Positions 1 through 10,603 of a stretch of DNA of 47,074 bases are shown piece after piece. Each line of letters starts with the position of its first letter. Positions within the stretch are counted from its first letter, which is position 1. The notes beneath the pieces are model-generated. The model was given only the letters and a program-made list of their open reading frames with translations, did no database searches and had not been told where the DNA came from. The DNA lies in contig CAWHMU010000028.1 of the NCBI GenBank assembly GCA_963830365.1, positions 1 through 47,074 of the forward strand, written 5' to 3'. The position numbers and the translations under genes are program-made. Origin of the DNA: an uncultured Chlamydiae bacterium. GTDB taxonomy: Bacteria; Chlamydiota; Chlamydiia; Chlamydiales; Parachlamydiaceae.

Positions 1-80
1 TTTTCATTAAAAATACTTTACACTCTTCATGCCGCCCCTGCGGGTACAAGCTGCGCTTGATGCTCTAGGCCGGCAGTCGT

Positions 81-1290
81 CTACTCGAGCTGGTAAACCT
101 CGCTCCCGCTGCTCACTTCCTTGATAAACTTGTTTAACAGTTCAAGCACATAGTGATCATTCCACATTGCCTTGCGTTGTTTTGATGCCAAACCGCGTCC
201 TTGCACTGTTTCCTGTTTTAAAATGCAATAGGCCATCCGTCTAAAGAGACCTAGATTCTCCGCTGCATGGCCAGTATTGGCCCGGGAGATATCATCACCG
301 AATAACACATCTAAAACCCAATGAAGATTATTCTCAATCCCCCAGTGTGAGCGAACAGTGCTGTTCGCCATCTTCGCAGTCATATCCTTGCTGGAAATGT
401 AGTAGCGAAGTTCTTCTGTAGATTTACCCTTGATCGTCCTAGTGGATTTCACTTCTATCAGCATCTTAAGATCCCGCCAATCACTTCGACAATCCAGCCA
501 ATTGAGATTTTTGGTGATTGTCACCTCTCGCTTCTCTAGCCTGCCGTGTCCTTCATTGGTCGCTTCATACTTTTTACACTTAGCCCCCTTATAATCAGCT
601 GCTCTGGCTTGATCAAAAAAATTCTGGGCCTCAGCATGTAGAGTGTCTTGGTTTCCTTTTAAGGCAATCACATAATGCCCTCCGCGCTCCCTGATGTCAT
701 TTACAATGCCTTTTTGGCACCCCATCGCATCAATTGTGACCGTCGCATCCTTGACATCGATTACCTTTAGCAACTCTGGAATTGCCGTGATCTCATTGGA
801 TTTTTCCTCTGTTTTCACTTGACCAAGCAGAAGCCCACTTCCAGACTCGTATCCGCTCACGTAATGAACAAGATCCTTTTTGGCACCTCTCAGAGTTTTC
901 CCGTCGATAGAGATTTTTTTTCTCAGTGCCGCCCAAGGTGTCAGCCACCAACTTAATCCATTTAATGAATGCCTGGTTCAAGATTTCAGGGTTTGTTCGC
1001 GTCAGGATCCACCAAAAGGCGGTATAGGAAGGGTGTCGTTCGAGATTAAGTAAAGGGCATAACATGGCAGCTTTTTCCTTTCCATACTCGTAAATACCAC
1101 TGATGGACTTTGCGCCTGCAAGAATACCCGCCAGAATCGTTAGCAGAAGTCCATAGAATGGATATTGCAGATTATCTGCGACGCGCGGATCCTGAACGTC
1201 CGCAAAAGCATGTTTTACAGCATCCTCGTAAGAGTGAATATCGACATTTTGATCGTGTTCGTCGTAGATGAATTTCTTTCTTACTGACAT
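81..1290 (-). pseudogene. ISAs1-family transposase, frameshifted in an A8 run
   Basis: ORF 793..1632 carries the ISAs1 N-terminal motif (FADVQDPR...YPFYGLLL...AGA). ORF 81..860 carries KSNEITAIPELL, TIDAMGCQ, LKGNQ, GHGRLEKR and RSHWGIENNLHWVLDV. Removing one base from the T8 run at 914-921 joins them through ...EKKISIDGKTLRGA. Probable internal start ATG at 1290. Confidence 0.88.
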
Positions 1291-1632
1291 GTTTTCGCCC
1301 TCAAAATCCCCCGTAGCAATTTGAAGATCTCCAGTATCGGGATCCTGAGAATTCGCTGTCAACTTATTAGCTTCGACAAGTGAAGGACTGGAGTCACCTG
1401 AAGGATTAGGGGCTGTCTGAGAAATTGCCTTGCGCCGTTTTTTTGCGTCTTTCAGCGTCTGACGCCAGAATACGACTTCCTCATTAGTGAGTTTACCCAA
1501 TTTAAGTACGATTTCTTTCCGGCATGAGCCGTTTGTCCAAATGGATCTAGCAAGGCTATAGGAGACATACTTCTTGCCCTTAGAGGTAAATGCACCCCAG
1601 TTTAGATGTAGATCTACCAGATTCATCGACAT
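1291..1632 (-). mobile_element. N-terminal fragment resembling an IS1634-type transposase, in frame with the ISAs1 ORF
   Basis: KGKKYVSYSLARSIWTNGSCRKEIVLKLGKLT resembles the N-terminal beta-domain of IS1634 transposases (recognised by eye). Confidence 0.5.
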
Positions 1633-1811
1633 ATTAGACCAGATATTTATTTAAAACACCTTGTAATATACGTGATAAATAAAGTCAATTGTTTTTTTAT
1701 ATATTAGGCTAGATATATGAGAATAAAAATGGCGAAATCGCCTTAGAGCTGGCTGTGAGTGGAATTTTTGGTGTTAAATTTCTTTAATGAAAAAGCCCTG
1801 GGTCCAGTGCC

Positions 1812-2561
1812 TTGGCAGTCGGCTATTGTCTTTTGGGATATAATCAAGTTGGATTGATGCTTGGTTTGGTAGGCGTCATCTCAACAGTTGTATTTACTTA
1901 TACGTTATTTTGCACACTTTTCTTTCATATTCAAGTTCCCATTCAAACAATCAGTCCTTTTTGGCTATTGTTAGCTATTACATGCAATTCTTCAGGTATC
2001 GTGATTACCACATTTTTTGAAAATAAATTGCTTGCAAATGATGTGTTTTTATTATTAGCATTCTGTTTTTGGACTTTTGGAGTTTTTATTTATTTAATTT
2101 TTATGACATTAAATATTTTCAGAATGCTTTTCTATCCTTTTAATGGCCGAGACATGGATCCCTGTTATTGGACATGCATGGGTGCTGCTGCCATCGCGGT
2201 TGTAGACGGAAGTCTGCTTGTTGTTATGCAAAATCCGCCGCTGTTTCTTACGACAATAACACCATTCATTGAAGGCATGCTGGTGTTTTTATGGGGATGG
2301 GGAACAGCTTGGATTCCTATCTTATGTTTAATGGAATTATGGAAAGTGTTCTATTTTAAAATACCATTTCATTATCGACCCTCCCTTTGGGCTATGGTTT
2401 TTCCTATTGGCATGTATACGGCAGCTACGGATTTGCTAAGTCGTAGTGTTCATATAGATATTCTTCAAGGAGTGGTTCCTATTTGCCTTTGGATGACATT
2501 TTTTGCATGGTGTTTGGTCGCATGTATGAGCCGGCTTAATCCCTTCTCAAATCCTATCTGA
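1812..2561 (+). pseudogene. TDT/SLAC1 (tellurite-resistance/C4-dicarboxylate transporter) family protein, 5'-truncated
   Basis: Multi-TM protein with ISPFWLL, PCYWTCMGAAAI and PSLWAMVFPIGMY motifs. It is only 249 aa from a TTG, and IS sequence lies directly upstream. Confidence 0.7.
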
Positions 2562-2858
2562 CAGATACCAGCATCTCATTGGAATTTCGCATATGGATAT
2601 AGCCAAAGCCCGGTATTGAACGATCGATCATGACCCAATATTAGATTAGTGAAAAAGGGTGGTGCTGCAACGCATTGCCACGCGATATCTTCTCAATGCG
2701 CCGGGTCATGATCGCAGGCAGGCCTGCACTTGATCCCGACCCTTGGTTGTGAAAGGATGAAATTGGTTGAGATTTATGGCACTTTGCAGCAAGTTGTCAT
2801 TACTGCCGGGTATGAACTTTTATTCTTTATCAGCAAAATTTAATTTAAGGAAAACCAT

Positions 2859-3389
2859 ATGTCTTTTATGTGGCGTGTTGGGGCCGTGCTTCCCCGTGTA
2901 TTAACCCAGCCAGCCGTTGGTTCAAAATTGGTCAGTTTCCAAAAAACTATTGTCCCGGCTATCGAAGCCATCAATTCATCCGGCCGTCAGTATTGCAAGA
3001 ACCCTGTGAGAGCGTATTGCCGGAGAGGGGATTTAGATGACTTTCCATTGCAGCCGACTATTAGATGTCCTCAAGGCAATGCTAAAAATGGAAGTTTTGT
3101 GCTTCCCTATGCCGCTTCGACGGATGCGGGTAAGGCGCCTGTCAAAGAAAGTTTGCGGACCAAGATCCAGAATGTCATGGATCAATTTTCTTCTGATACT
3201 AAGGCAGCTGTGAGCGCGCTATTAGCAGACTATACTTCAGAAACAATGCCGCATATTGTCGATACAGGGCTGCCGCAAATATTATGGCTGGAGATATATT
3301 GGGCTAAGCTAGCAGAAGAACAAGGATCACCTCTTACTGCCCAGCAAAAAGCACGTCACATTCCACCAAAGTCTTTTTATTTTGGTTAG
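2859..3389 (+). CDS. hypothetical protein, candidate secreted effector
   Basis: 176-aa ORF with an AAGGA RBS; basic, acid-poor N-terminus. Confidence 0.75.
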   Translation: MSFMWRVGAVLPRVLTQPAVGSKLVSFQKTIVPAIEAINSSGRQYCKNPVRAYCRRGDLDDFPLQPTIRCPQGNAKNGSFVLPYAASTDAGKAPVKESLRTKIQNVMDQFSSDTKAAVSALLADYTSETMPHIVDTGLPQILWLEIYWAKLAEEQGSPLTAQQKARHIPPKSFYFG

Positions 3390-3518
3390 CATGATTCGAT
3401 GATCGGGGTTTAAGCCCGGCCCGATCAATCTGAACAAATATGAAAACACCACCGGGTCAGTGATGCAAGAGCCTTCCGGTAACCATCATCGTTCAATAAG
3501 TGATGGCGGTCCGGTCGA

Positions 3519-5525
3519 TCACCGCTTTGATAAGGTCTGTTGTGAAGTAATCAAGGAAGGTTCAGAGGCGGCAGGCCTCACTTCAGCCAAGGAATCAAAA
3601 TGATTATCATCAATGATCAAGGCACCAAACCCGTTGACTGAAGTCTCTTGTGTTTTGCTATCGTTCGTGTCCTGACGAGAGGCGATGAGTGCTGCATTTT
3701 CAGGCGCGAAAATGAACATCCCGCCGTTAAACAGGTTGGCGGCGCGAGGGGATGGGCGGTCTATTTGTTTCACTTCATCCATAGAGTCGATGTTTTGTAG
3801 GGCATTATTTAGTGATTGAGCTAGGTCTTCTCCGGCGACGGCCATTGGTAAACCACTATCCGGAAATTTCTCTTCATTTGTGATCGTTATCAAAGGGCCG
3901 TTTAGATGGCTGATAAAGCTCATTTGCTCGGGTTGTTGCATCAAAGTGCTTATTAAATCTTTTGTTTTGAATGTCGATTTAATTGCCAGGGCTGCGATTT
4001 GATGGATGGCGCTGGCGACGAATTGAGGGGTGACAAAATCCAAGTAGGTAAAAAGGACAAAATTATTTGCATCGAGGAGGATGTCCTGCTCTTCGGAGGG
4101 GGTGAGTTCGGCAGTCAATTTTTTATAGTTCGACAAGGTAAAAACAAGGTAGTGAAAGAGGTATATTTCAATGATATCTTTTAAGTAAGGCGCTTGTTTT
4201 TCAGCGAGCAGAGACAAGCCGATGACCTCTACTTCAAGTTCCTGAATCTTAGAGATGATTTTGTTTGATAATTCTTTTATATCGATATTATTTAAAAACA
4301 ATTCGATAGTGGCTTGAAAGAGCTGTTCAGTATAGCCAGGATGTTGTTGGACTTCAGCTTTGATGGCATTCAAAAGTTTTGCTTTGCAAGTCTCCCGCTG
4401 CAGATCGGAATCTAAGTAGGACTCTCTGAACTCGTTATGTGCCGTCCTTACAGCGTCAGAGGTGTTTAAGGTCTGAGTATATTGGTGGAACGATCTTAAA
4501 GCGATAGTAAGATATTGATGCGTGTTATCAATGAGTAATCCGATTCCATTTTCAACGCATACCTTAAGCCCTTTTTCAACCAGCGAAGGCAAAACGTCGA
4601 ACGTTGAAACAAATTTCTGAGCCATTTCCTTTTTAATTGAAGGAGAATGTTTAGTTCCATGAAATCGAGTCGTAATAATCTCTACCACAAGAGGTGTGAA
4701 GGTGTTTTTGGAAAGTCGTCTGGCTTGAAAGGTGCTTTTGATGAAAGGTATGAAGGCATTTGAACTGAAGGCCAGGGTTTGCAACAGGGTGCGGGTGATT
4801 AGGCGAGGCAAGCCAATGATAATTTTTGCGCAAGGAGTAGAAGGGCTGTTGATGCAGGTGTCGAAGAGGGCGCCGGTGCCTAAATAGCGCAGCATACTTA
4901 TCGAATACGAATCCCAAGGATTATGGCTATCCCACAAAGTCGCCTTGCTGCCAGCTGATGACAGGCCTTGATAGCCTGCTAAGATAGTGCCGGCGATACT
5001 GCCAAAATTATCTCCTAGTATCTGTCCGGCAGAACCGCCGAAGTCTGATAATTGATCAAAAGAGAAGGTCAGCAAAAGAGTTACAGAAGTTGCTGCAACC
5101 ACGGTAAAATGAAATCTTGTGGCATCTGATGTCTTTGCGGCTAGCGAGTAAATGGCATAAGAACCGCCAACTATTGCCCCGCCAAGTCCTAGGATCGGTG
5201 CGATAGATTGTCCAATGCGCGCGGTAATATGGCTGCAGATGGACTTTGCAACTTTTTCTCCAACATAGGCTCCGGCACTTTCAGCGACAGCACATTTCAC
5301 CACCTTTCCGGCAAGGCTGTTGGAGATTTGCTGCGTTTTTCCAGCAAGGCTGTCGAAAAGTGCGCTTGAAAACACTTTGGTTTTTGCGGCTAGATTTTTT
5401 ATTGTTTCCCAAGAGGCGCCGATGATGATATTGAAGCCTTTAAAAATATCACACTTGCGCTTCTGAAAGGGTCTTGGACTATGGATGTTTTGGGGAGAGC
5501 ATCCCGGGGGATTTAAGTTTATCAT
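3519..5525 (-). CDS. hypothetical membrane-associated protein (candidate effector/Inc-like)
   Basis: 668-aa ORF with Gly/Ala-rich hydrophobic segments around aa 100-190; no recognised domain. Confidence 0.75.
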   Translation of the reverse strand: MINLNPPGCSPQNIHSPRPFQKRKCDIFKGFNIIIGASWETIKNLAAKTKVFSSALFDSLAGKTQQISNSLAGKVVKCAVAESAGAYVGEKVAKSICSHITARIGQSIAPILGLGGAIVGGSYAIYSLAAKTSDATRFHFTVVAATSVTLLLTFSFDQLSDFGGSAGQILGDNFGSIAGTILAGYQGLSSAGSKATLWDSHNPWDSYSISMLRYLGTGALFDTCINSPSTPCAKIIIGLPRLITRTLLQTLAFSSNAFIPFIKSTFQARRLSKNTFTPLVVEIITTRFHGTKHSPSIKKEMAQKFVSTFDVLPSLVEKGLKVCVENGIGLLIDNTHQYLTIALRSFHQYTQTLNTSDAVRTAHNEFRESYLDSDLQRETCKAKLLNAIKAEVQQHPGYTEQLFQATIELFLNNIDIKELSNKIISKIQELEVEVIGLSLLAEKQAPYLKDIIEIYLFHYLVFTLSNYKKLTAELTPSEEQDILLDANNFVLFTYLDFVTPQFVASAIHQIAALAIKSTFKTKDLISTLMQQPEQMSFISHLNGPLITITNEEKFPDSGLPMAVAGEDLAQSLNNALQNIDSMDEVKQIDRPSPRAANLFNGGMFIFAPENAALIASRQDTNDSKTQETSVNGFGALIIDDNHFDSLAEVRPAASEPSLITSQQTLSKR

Positions 5526-5867
5526 AAATTAAAACTTCCTGCCTAATATAAGGATACGCGTCGACTGCATCTCATTTGCGAGAGGTCTTAGAAAGTAAAT
5601 TTTTAATAAATTGTGATCTAGTCAACTCATATCAATAAAGTTCATTTCAACAAAGATCATTCCATCTGCGCAGTTGCGCTCTAAAAATATAAACTTGGTG
5701 GTTGAAATGGGGAAAATCGTTACGGGCCGCTCAGGGGCAGTGTCAACATAGAGATTGGGGTGCTTTGGCGCTATCTAAGACAGAAAGTGCCGGCAACAAG
5801 CTGAATTCATCTATGACCCCATTTGCAATGCAATGAGAAGCGATTTTTCTTGTCAGTAGGGGATAGC

Positions 5868-6803
5868 CTAGCAGAGGCTTTTTTTAACCGTTTTTTTGCA
5901 AAGGGTTTCCTTGGCGCTATTGACCAGCTGCGTAACCTCGTTGGCTAATCGGTCAGCTTCTTTTATTGTCGGCGCTTCAGGGAACGGTTTTTTATCGGGA
6001 TGGACGTGCAGCATCGCTTCGCGATGCCTAGTTTTGACGTATGCACAGCCCTGTTTGCAATAGAGATCTTTTTCAAAAGGTTTTACATAGGAAAGGGCAT
6101 CCATCGCGTCCTGGGGGTCTTGACCATCCAGCCCGGATTCAAGGATCTGCTGGGGGATACTCTTGAGAGCTGCCTGGGCCGGCTGCTTCCAGACCCTATG
6201 CGACAGCCAGGAAATGGCAGACCCTACATAATCTTCCCCTGCATACAGGCGCTTGGTGTAGACGGTGTTCCAGTCATTTCGCAAACTGTCGAACGCCTCG
6301 AAGCACTTTATTTGGAAGGAGGCTTTTGCCTCCGTGATCTTGCAGTCCATCCACGGGTTTTCCTGCAGGCACCCTTCCTCACTCCATTGATCCAATAGCG
6401 GTTTGAACTGGCCATTCGTCCGGCAGAAATTGACATAGGCAGAGCGGTCCTTTTCGAATAGGCCGTTCAACTTGTCTGCAGTGGCTGCTGTCTCTTTGTA
6501 AGCTGCTATGGCAGGATCATTATAGGCTTCCCATTTAGCCCTTCCATCATCGATGACGGACTGGATCCTGGCTGGCCAAAATTTTAGAATTTCCGCATTG
6601 GCAGTTGTGCAGTTGCTGATAAGATCGTTGGATGAAGATTGGGAGGAAAGGAAAACGATCGCAGCCGCGGCTGCCACGCTCGTAGCGATGGCGGCAACGG
6701 TGTTTTCGCCGATGGTGGTGTTGAAAAAAGAATTCAATATGCCGACGGCTGAAGAGACAAAGTTCGGGTACTGGCTGGCTGAGAAATTAAGGTTTATAGT
6801 CAT
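5868..6803 (-). CDS. protein with a hydrophobic segment and a C-terminal DnaJ(J)-like domain
   Basis: C-terminal HREAMLHVHPDK...TQLVNSAKETL matches J-domain helix II-HPD-helix III. ATG at 6803 preferred over TTG at 6815. Confidence 0.7.
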   Translation of the reverse strand: MTINLNFSASQYPNFVSSAVGILNSFFNTTIGENTVAAIATSVAAAAAIVFLSSQSSSNDLISNCTTANAEILKFWPARIQSVIDDGRAKWEAYNDPAIAAYKETAATADKLNGLFEKDRSAYVNFCRTNGQFKPLLDQWSEEGCLQENPWMDCKITEAKASFQIKCFEAFDSLRNDWNTVYTKRLYAGEDYVGSAISWLSHRVWKQPAQAALKSIPQQILESGLDGQDPQDAMDALSYVKPFEKDLYCKQGCAYVKTRHREAMLHVHPDKKPFPEAPTIKEADRLANEVTQLVNSAKETLCKKTVKKSLC

Positions 6804-6973
6804 TCGAATTTCCAAAGTTTTACGAGATTTTGGTATAGATCGATAGTTGTAATTATGTTACATCGCTTATATCATATAGTTTAAGTTTTTGTAAATTAAA
6901 ACGTTGTGATCAAAGTATGGTACGTTTTACTTGCATCTTCGGATGAAGAGGCAAGTGCTGATAACAGCTTTAA

Positions 6974-7212
6974 AGCCTCGATAGAGGCGGAAGCATGTAG
7001 CCACATGCGTCAGCGTGTGGTAATCGAATATTTAGAAACAAAGCCGTGAATACGGCGACAGCAATGACTAAAGGATATTATATGTTATAATAATAGCATC
7101 TAATTCAGTTTTTCTCGAAGTTGCTGTCGCCGTATTCACGGCTCTCTTTATGCTACATATCATTCCATAGGTTGCCACCTATGGCTACATGTCTTCCGCC
7201 TCTACCGAGGCT
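6974..7212. repeat. ~240-bp palindromic REPIN-like repeat (family A core), copy 1
   Basis: AGCCTCGATAGAGGCGGAAGCATGTAGCC...AGCCGTGAATACGGCGACAGCAA / TTGCTGTCGCCGTATTCACGGCT...GGCTACATG..CCGCCTCTACCGAGGCT; recurs at 14704, 25305 and 45513. Confidence 0.9.
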
Positions 7213-7302
7213 AACTAGACCTTCGGTGATAGAATGTCGCTTTGTTTCAAAGAGAACCGTATAAATATATTGTTACTTCTCTTTTTTCAACCATCAATTA
7301 CT

Positions 7303-7511
7303 GGTTCATCACGCAAATGAGTACCTAATTAACAAAATCATAAGAGCAATCTCCATTTTTCTTCTCTGTGCCTCGGTGTCTCGGTGGTGAAGCTTTCCGT
7401 AACACTCTGATTGATAAGACTATACATCCAGCAAGCAGATTTCACCACAGAGGCACAGAGTCACAGAGAAGGTCGGGAAAACCTCATGGGTACTCATTTG
7501 CGTGATTAGCT
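7303..7511 (-). mobile_element. ~200-bp MITE (family B), reverse-orientation copy
   Basis: TIR GGTTCATCACGCAAATGAGTACC ... GGTACTCATTTGCGTGATTAGC; near reverse complement of 14895-15095 and 28187-28387. Confidence 0.85.
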
Positions 7512-7678
7512 TTAATAAATTGTCTGCTTCTCTTTTTCAACTAGTCTAAACTAGGTCCTTTTCTCCGTTCTCCTCGGTCAGGTACTCATTTGCGCGTGGT
7601 ATACCACTCTTGTCAAATACTCTAAATATATGATAGGATGATGGCTTTTGAAGTGCAGTGAGTACATAAGGTTTTTCC

Positions 7679-8038
7679 ATGCGAGAGTATCACCATTTGG
7701 GCATCCCTACTACTGAGCGCAATGAGGGAGAGAAATACGTCCCGCATTTAAAAATTTACGTTTGGGGATATGATACCAGCGAGTACCGCATTGAGTGGGT
7801 GCGATTTGCTGAAGGCGCAGAGAGTTTTTATCATCCGCTCATGCTAAAACTTCCGCACGTGGCTTTTAAAGTAGACGATCTCCAGAAAGAGCTGGAAGGT
7901 AAAAAGTTAATCTGGGGACCGTATGAGTCTTTGCCTGGATTCAAGGTGGCGTTCATAGAGGAAAACGGGGCGCCTGTCGAGTTGATTGAAACCAGATTAA
8001 CGGAAAATGAAATTCTCGATATTGTTAAAGATCGCTAA
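7679..8038 (+). CDS. VOC/glyoxalase-family protein
   Basis: YHHLGIPT, PHVAFKVDDL and FIEENGAPVELIE motifs. Confidence 0.8.
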   Translation: MREYHHLGIPTTERNEGEKYVPHLKIYVWGYDTSEYRIEWVRFAEGAESFYHPLMLKLPHVAFKVDDLQKELEGKKLIWGPYESLPGFKVAFIEENGAPVELIETRLTENEILDIVKDR

Positions 8039-8137
8039 TGGCAGGTTTATGGTGTGCAATTTCAATTGCTTTGCTTGTGGTATTGTTTTAATATTTCACA
8101 TTGCAGGCCTTACCATTTTTATTTTATCAAAGCCAAC

Positions 8138-10321
8138 ATGACGACACAAAATCTTTGCCCCGCAGCCCCCTTGGAAGAGCAACTCAAAGCTTTTTTTGGT
8201 TATAATGAATTCCGGCATAATCAAAAGGATATCATCAGCGCGATTTTAGCGCGTAAAGACGTCTTGGCAATTTTGCCGACGGGTGCAGGCAAGTCGATCT
8301 GCTACCAGCTGCCGGCCATGTTGCTGCCGGGTATTGCGGTGGTGGTTTCGCCTTTGATCTCGCTGATGCAGGACCAGGTCGTCAGCCTCACCAAAAACGG
8401 CATTCCGGCGGCCTTTCTGAACAGCAGCCTGCATCCCCAGGATGCGCGCATGCTGCTTAACTCCCTGGTCGACTATAAGCTGCTGTATGTCGCGCCTGAA
8501 CGCTTTGCCGATCCCAATTTCATTCAAAGTCTGCAAAACGTGTCGGTATCCTTTTTCGCTATCGATGAAGCCCATTGCATCTCGCAGTGGGGGCATTCCT
8601 TCCGTCCGGAATACCGCCAGCTGGCAGCGCTTAAGACGACCTTCCCTACCAGCTCCATGGTGGCTTTGACGGCGACGGCGACCAAGGAAGTGGAGCAGGA
8701 TATATCTTCACAGCTGGCGATGCAATCGCCATACACTGTCAGGGCAAGTTTTGACCGGCCGAATTTAACCTTTCTGATCAATGCCAAAGCCGATATCGAA
8801 CTCCAATTGCAAAATTTCATCAGCAAGCATGAGCATGAGTCAGGCATTATCTATGCTTCAACCCGCAAGACGGTGGATCAGGTGTTTGCCAGCCTGCAGC
8901 AGCAGGGCTTTAAAGTCGGTAAATACCATGCCGGCATGAATGATAGCGAGCGCACCAAGGCCCAGCACGATTTCGTCTATGGCCAGCTGAACCTCATGGT
9001 CGCTACCGTAGCTTTCGGCATGGGGATCCATAAACCCGATATCCGCTATATTGTGCACCATGATATGCCGCGTACGATCGAACAATACTACCAAGAGATC
9101 GGCCGCGCGGGCAGGGATGGCTTGCCGGCGGAATGTTTGATGTTGTATTCGGCGCAGGATTTGATGATCTATAATTCCTTTTTAAAGGATGTCGACGATC
9201 AGGCTTTGCGCAAAATCACCAAAGCCAAGACGGACAAGATGTATGCGTTGTGCCGTTCGCTATCGTGCCGCCGCAAGGAACTGTTGCATTATTTCTCCGA
9301 AGAGTACCCTTCCACCAATTGCAACGGCTGCGACAACTGTTTGGACAATACTGAAGTGGTCGATGAAATCATTGTCGCCCAGAAAATCCTCTCCTGCGTG
9401 GCGCGTGTCGAGCAGCGCTTTGGTGCCAAATATGTGATCGATGTTTTGCGTGGTTCCAGAGGGAAGGTGATTTTAGAAAGACAGCACGATCAACTGTCTA
9501 CGCATGGTTTGATGCGCGAATATTCCGAAGGCGATTTGCACTACTATGTTGATGCCCTCATCGATTTGGGCTATCTGAAGAAGACTGAAGGCGACTATCC
9601 CATCCTGCAATGGACCGATTCCTCAAAAGACGTCATCGGCGCCAAGGTGAAGGTCATGCTGCGCAAAAAGACCCGCCAAATGGTTCATAAGAAGGATTCC
9701 CAAGGCCTGGAATACGACCGCGGTCTATTCAACGAGCTGGTGGCCCTGCGTCTCAAATGGGCGCAGGACACCCAAGTGCCGGCGTTTGTGGTTTTTGGAG
9801 ACCGCACCCTGATCGAGATGGCTACGAGCTATCCCGCCACACGTGAGGCTATGTTGACTGTCAACGGCGTCGGGCCCACCAAATGGGAGAGATATGGCCA
9901 ATCATTCATGGATGTTATAGCCAACTACTGCACAAGAAATGGCATCGATCCAATTCGCCTGCCACAGCCTGTCAAAGCACCCTTGGCAAGGGCTGTCTTA
10001 AAGCCCGATGGGCAGGCGCGTCTGGCATCTTCCAAGCAGACTGTGGACTTGTATTTGCAGGGGCATGGCATTGCGGAAATAGCCGGCTTGCGGGATTTGA
10101 CCTCCCATACGATTGTGGATCATCTTGTCGAGCAAATCCAGTTGGGCAGAAATCTTGATGTCACGCCGCTGGTATCGCTTGAGAAGCAGGCGGCCATTAA
10201 ACAAGTCATTGCCAAAGTCGGCGCCGAAAAATTGACGCCTATTAAGCAGGCTCTTTCTGAGGACTTCACCTTTGAAGAAATCCGGCTGGTGGTGGCTTTC
10301 TTCCGGCGCGAGCATTGCTAA
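8138..10321 (+). CDS. recQ: ATP-dependent DNA helicase RecQ
   Basis: LPTGAGKSICYQLP, IDEAHCISQWGHSFRPEY, ATVAFGMGI and QEIGRAGRDG motifs; Zn-binding CRR..C..CDNC, RQC, HRDC and C-terminal HTH. ATG at 8138 preferred. Confidence 0.97.
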   Translation: MTTQNLCPAAPLEEQLKAFFGYNEFRHNQKDIISAILARKDVLAILPTGAGKSICYQLPAMLLPGIAVVVSPLISLMQDQVVSLTKNGIPAAFLNSSLHPQDARMLLNSLVDYKLLYVAPERFADPNFIQSLQNVSVSFFAIDEAHCISQWGHSFRPEYRQLAALKTTFPTSSMVALTATATKEVEQDISSQLAMQSPYTVRASFDRPNLTFLINAKADIELQLQNFISKHEHESGIIYASTRKTVDQVFASLQQQGFKVGKYHAGMNDSERTKAQHDFVYGQLNLMVATVAFGMGIHKPDIRYIVHHDMPRTIEQYYQEIGRAGRDGLPAECLMLYSAQDLMIYNSFLKDVDDQALRKITKAKTDKMYALCRSLSCRRKELLHYFSEEYPSTNCNGCDNCLDNTEVVDEIIVAQKILSCVARVEQRFGAKYVIDVLRGSRGKVILERQHDQLSTHGLMREYSEGDLHYYVDALIDLGYLKKTEGDYPILQWTDSSKDVIGAKVKVMLRKKTRQMVHKKDSQGLEYDRGLFNELVALRLKWAQDTQVPAFVVFGDRTLIEMATSYPATREAMLTVNGVGPTKWERYGQSFMDVIANYCTRNGIDPIRLPQPVKAPLARAVLKPDGQARLASSKQTVDLYLQGHGIAEIAGLRDLTSHTIVDHLVEQIQLGRNLDVTPLVSLEKQAAIKQVIAKVGAEKLTPIKQALSEDFTFEEIRLVVAFFRREHC

Positions 10322-10603
10322 GGGCTGTGCCTAATCCTCACTAGATCATGGTATACTTCACGTCCTTGGCCTTCACAACGTCCTGGCCTGCAAAGCCGGA
10401 TGATCCGATTTTACTAAAAGACAACACAATCTTTATAAAAGCTTAATACGCGTCTGATTAGATGTAGCTTCTGACAATGAAATATTTAGTTAGATTTAAA
10501 AATTAAATAAACCGGCCAACCAAGAGATGCTGACCGTCAGTTTAAGTCTCAGTCTCTTACAAATTTGCCAGATAAATTAAAAAAATAAATCAAGGATGTA
10601 ATC

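Noticed and set aside
2625..2714. Inverted repeat CGATCATGACCC/GGGTCATGATCG
   Set aside because: A single 12-bp pair with no second copy in the window and no recognisable RNA family.
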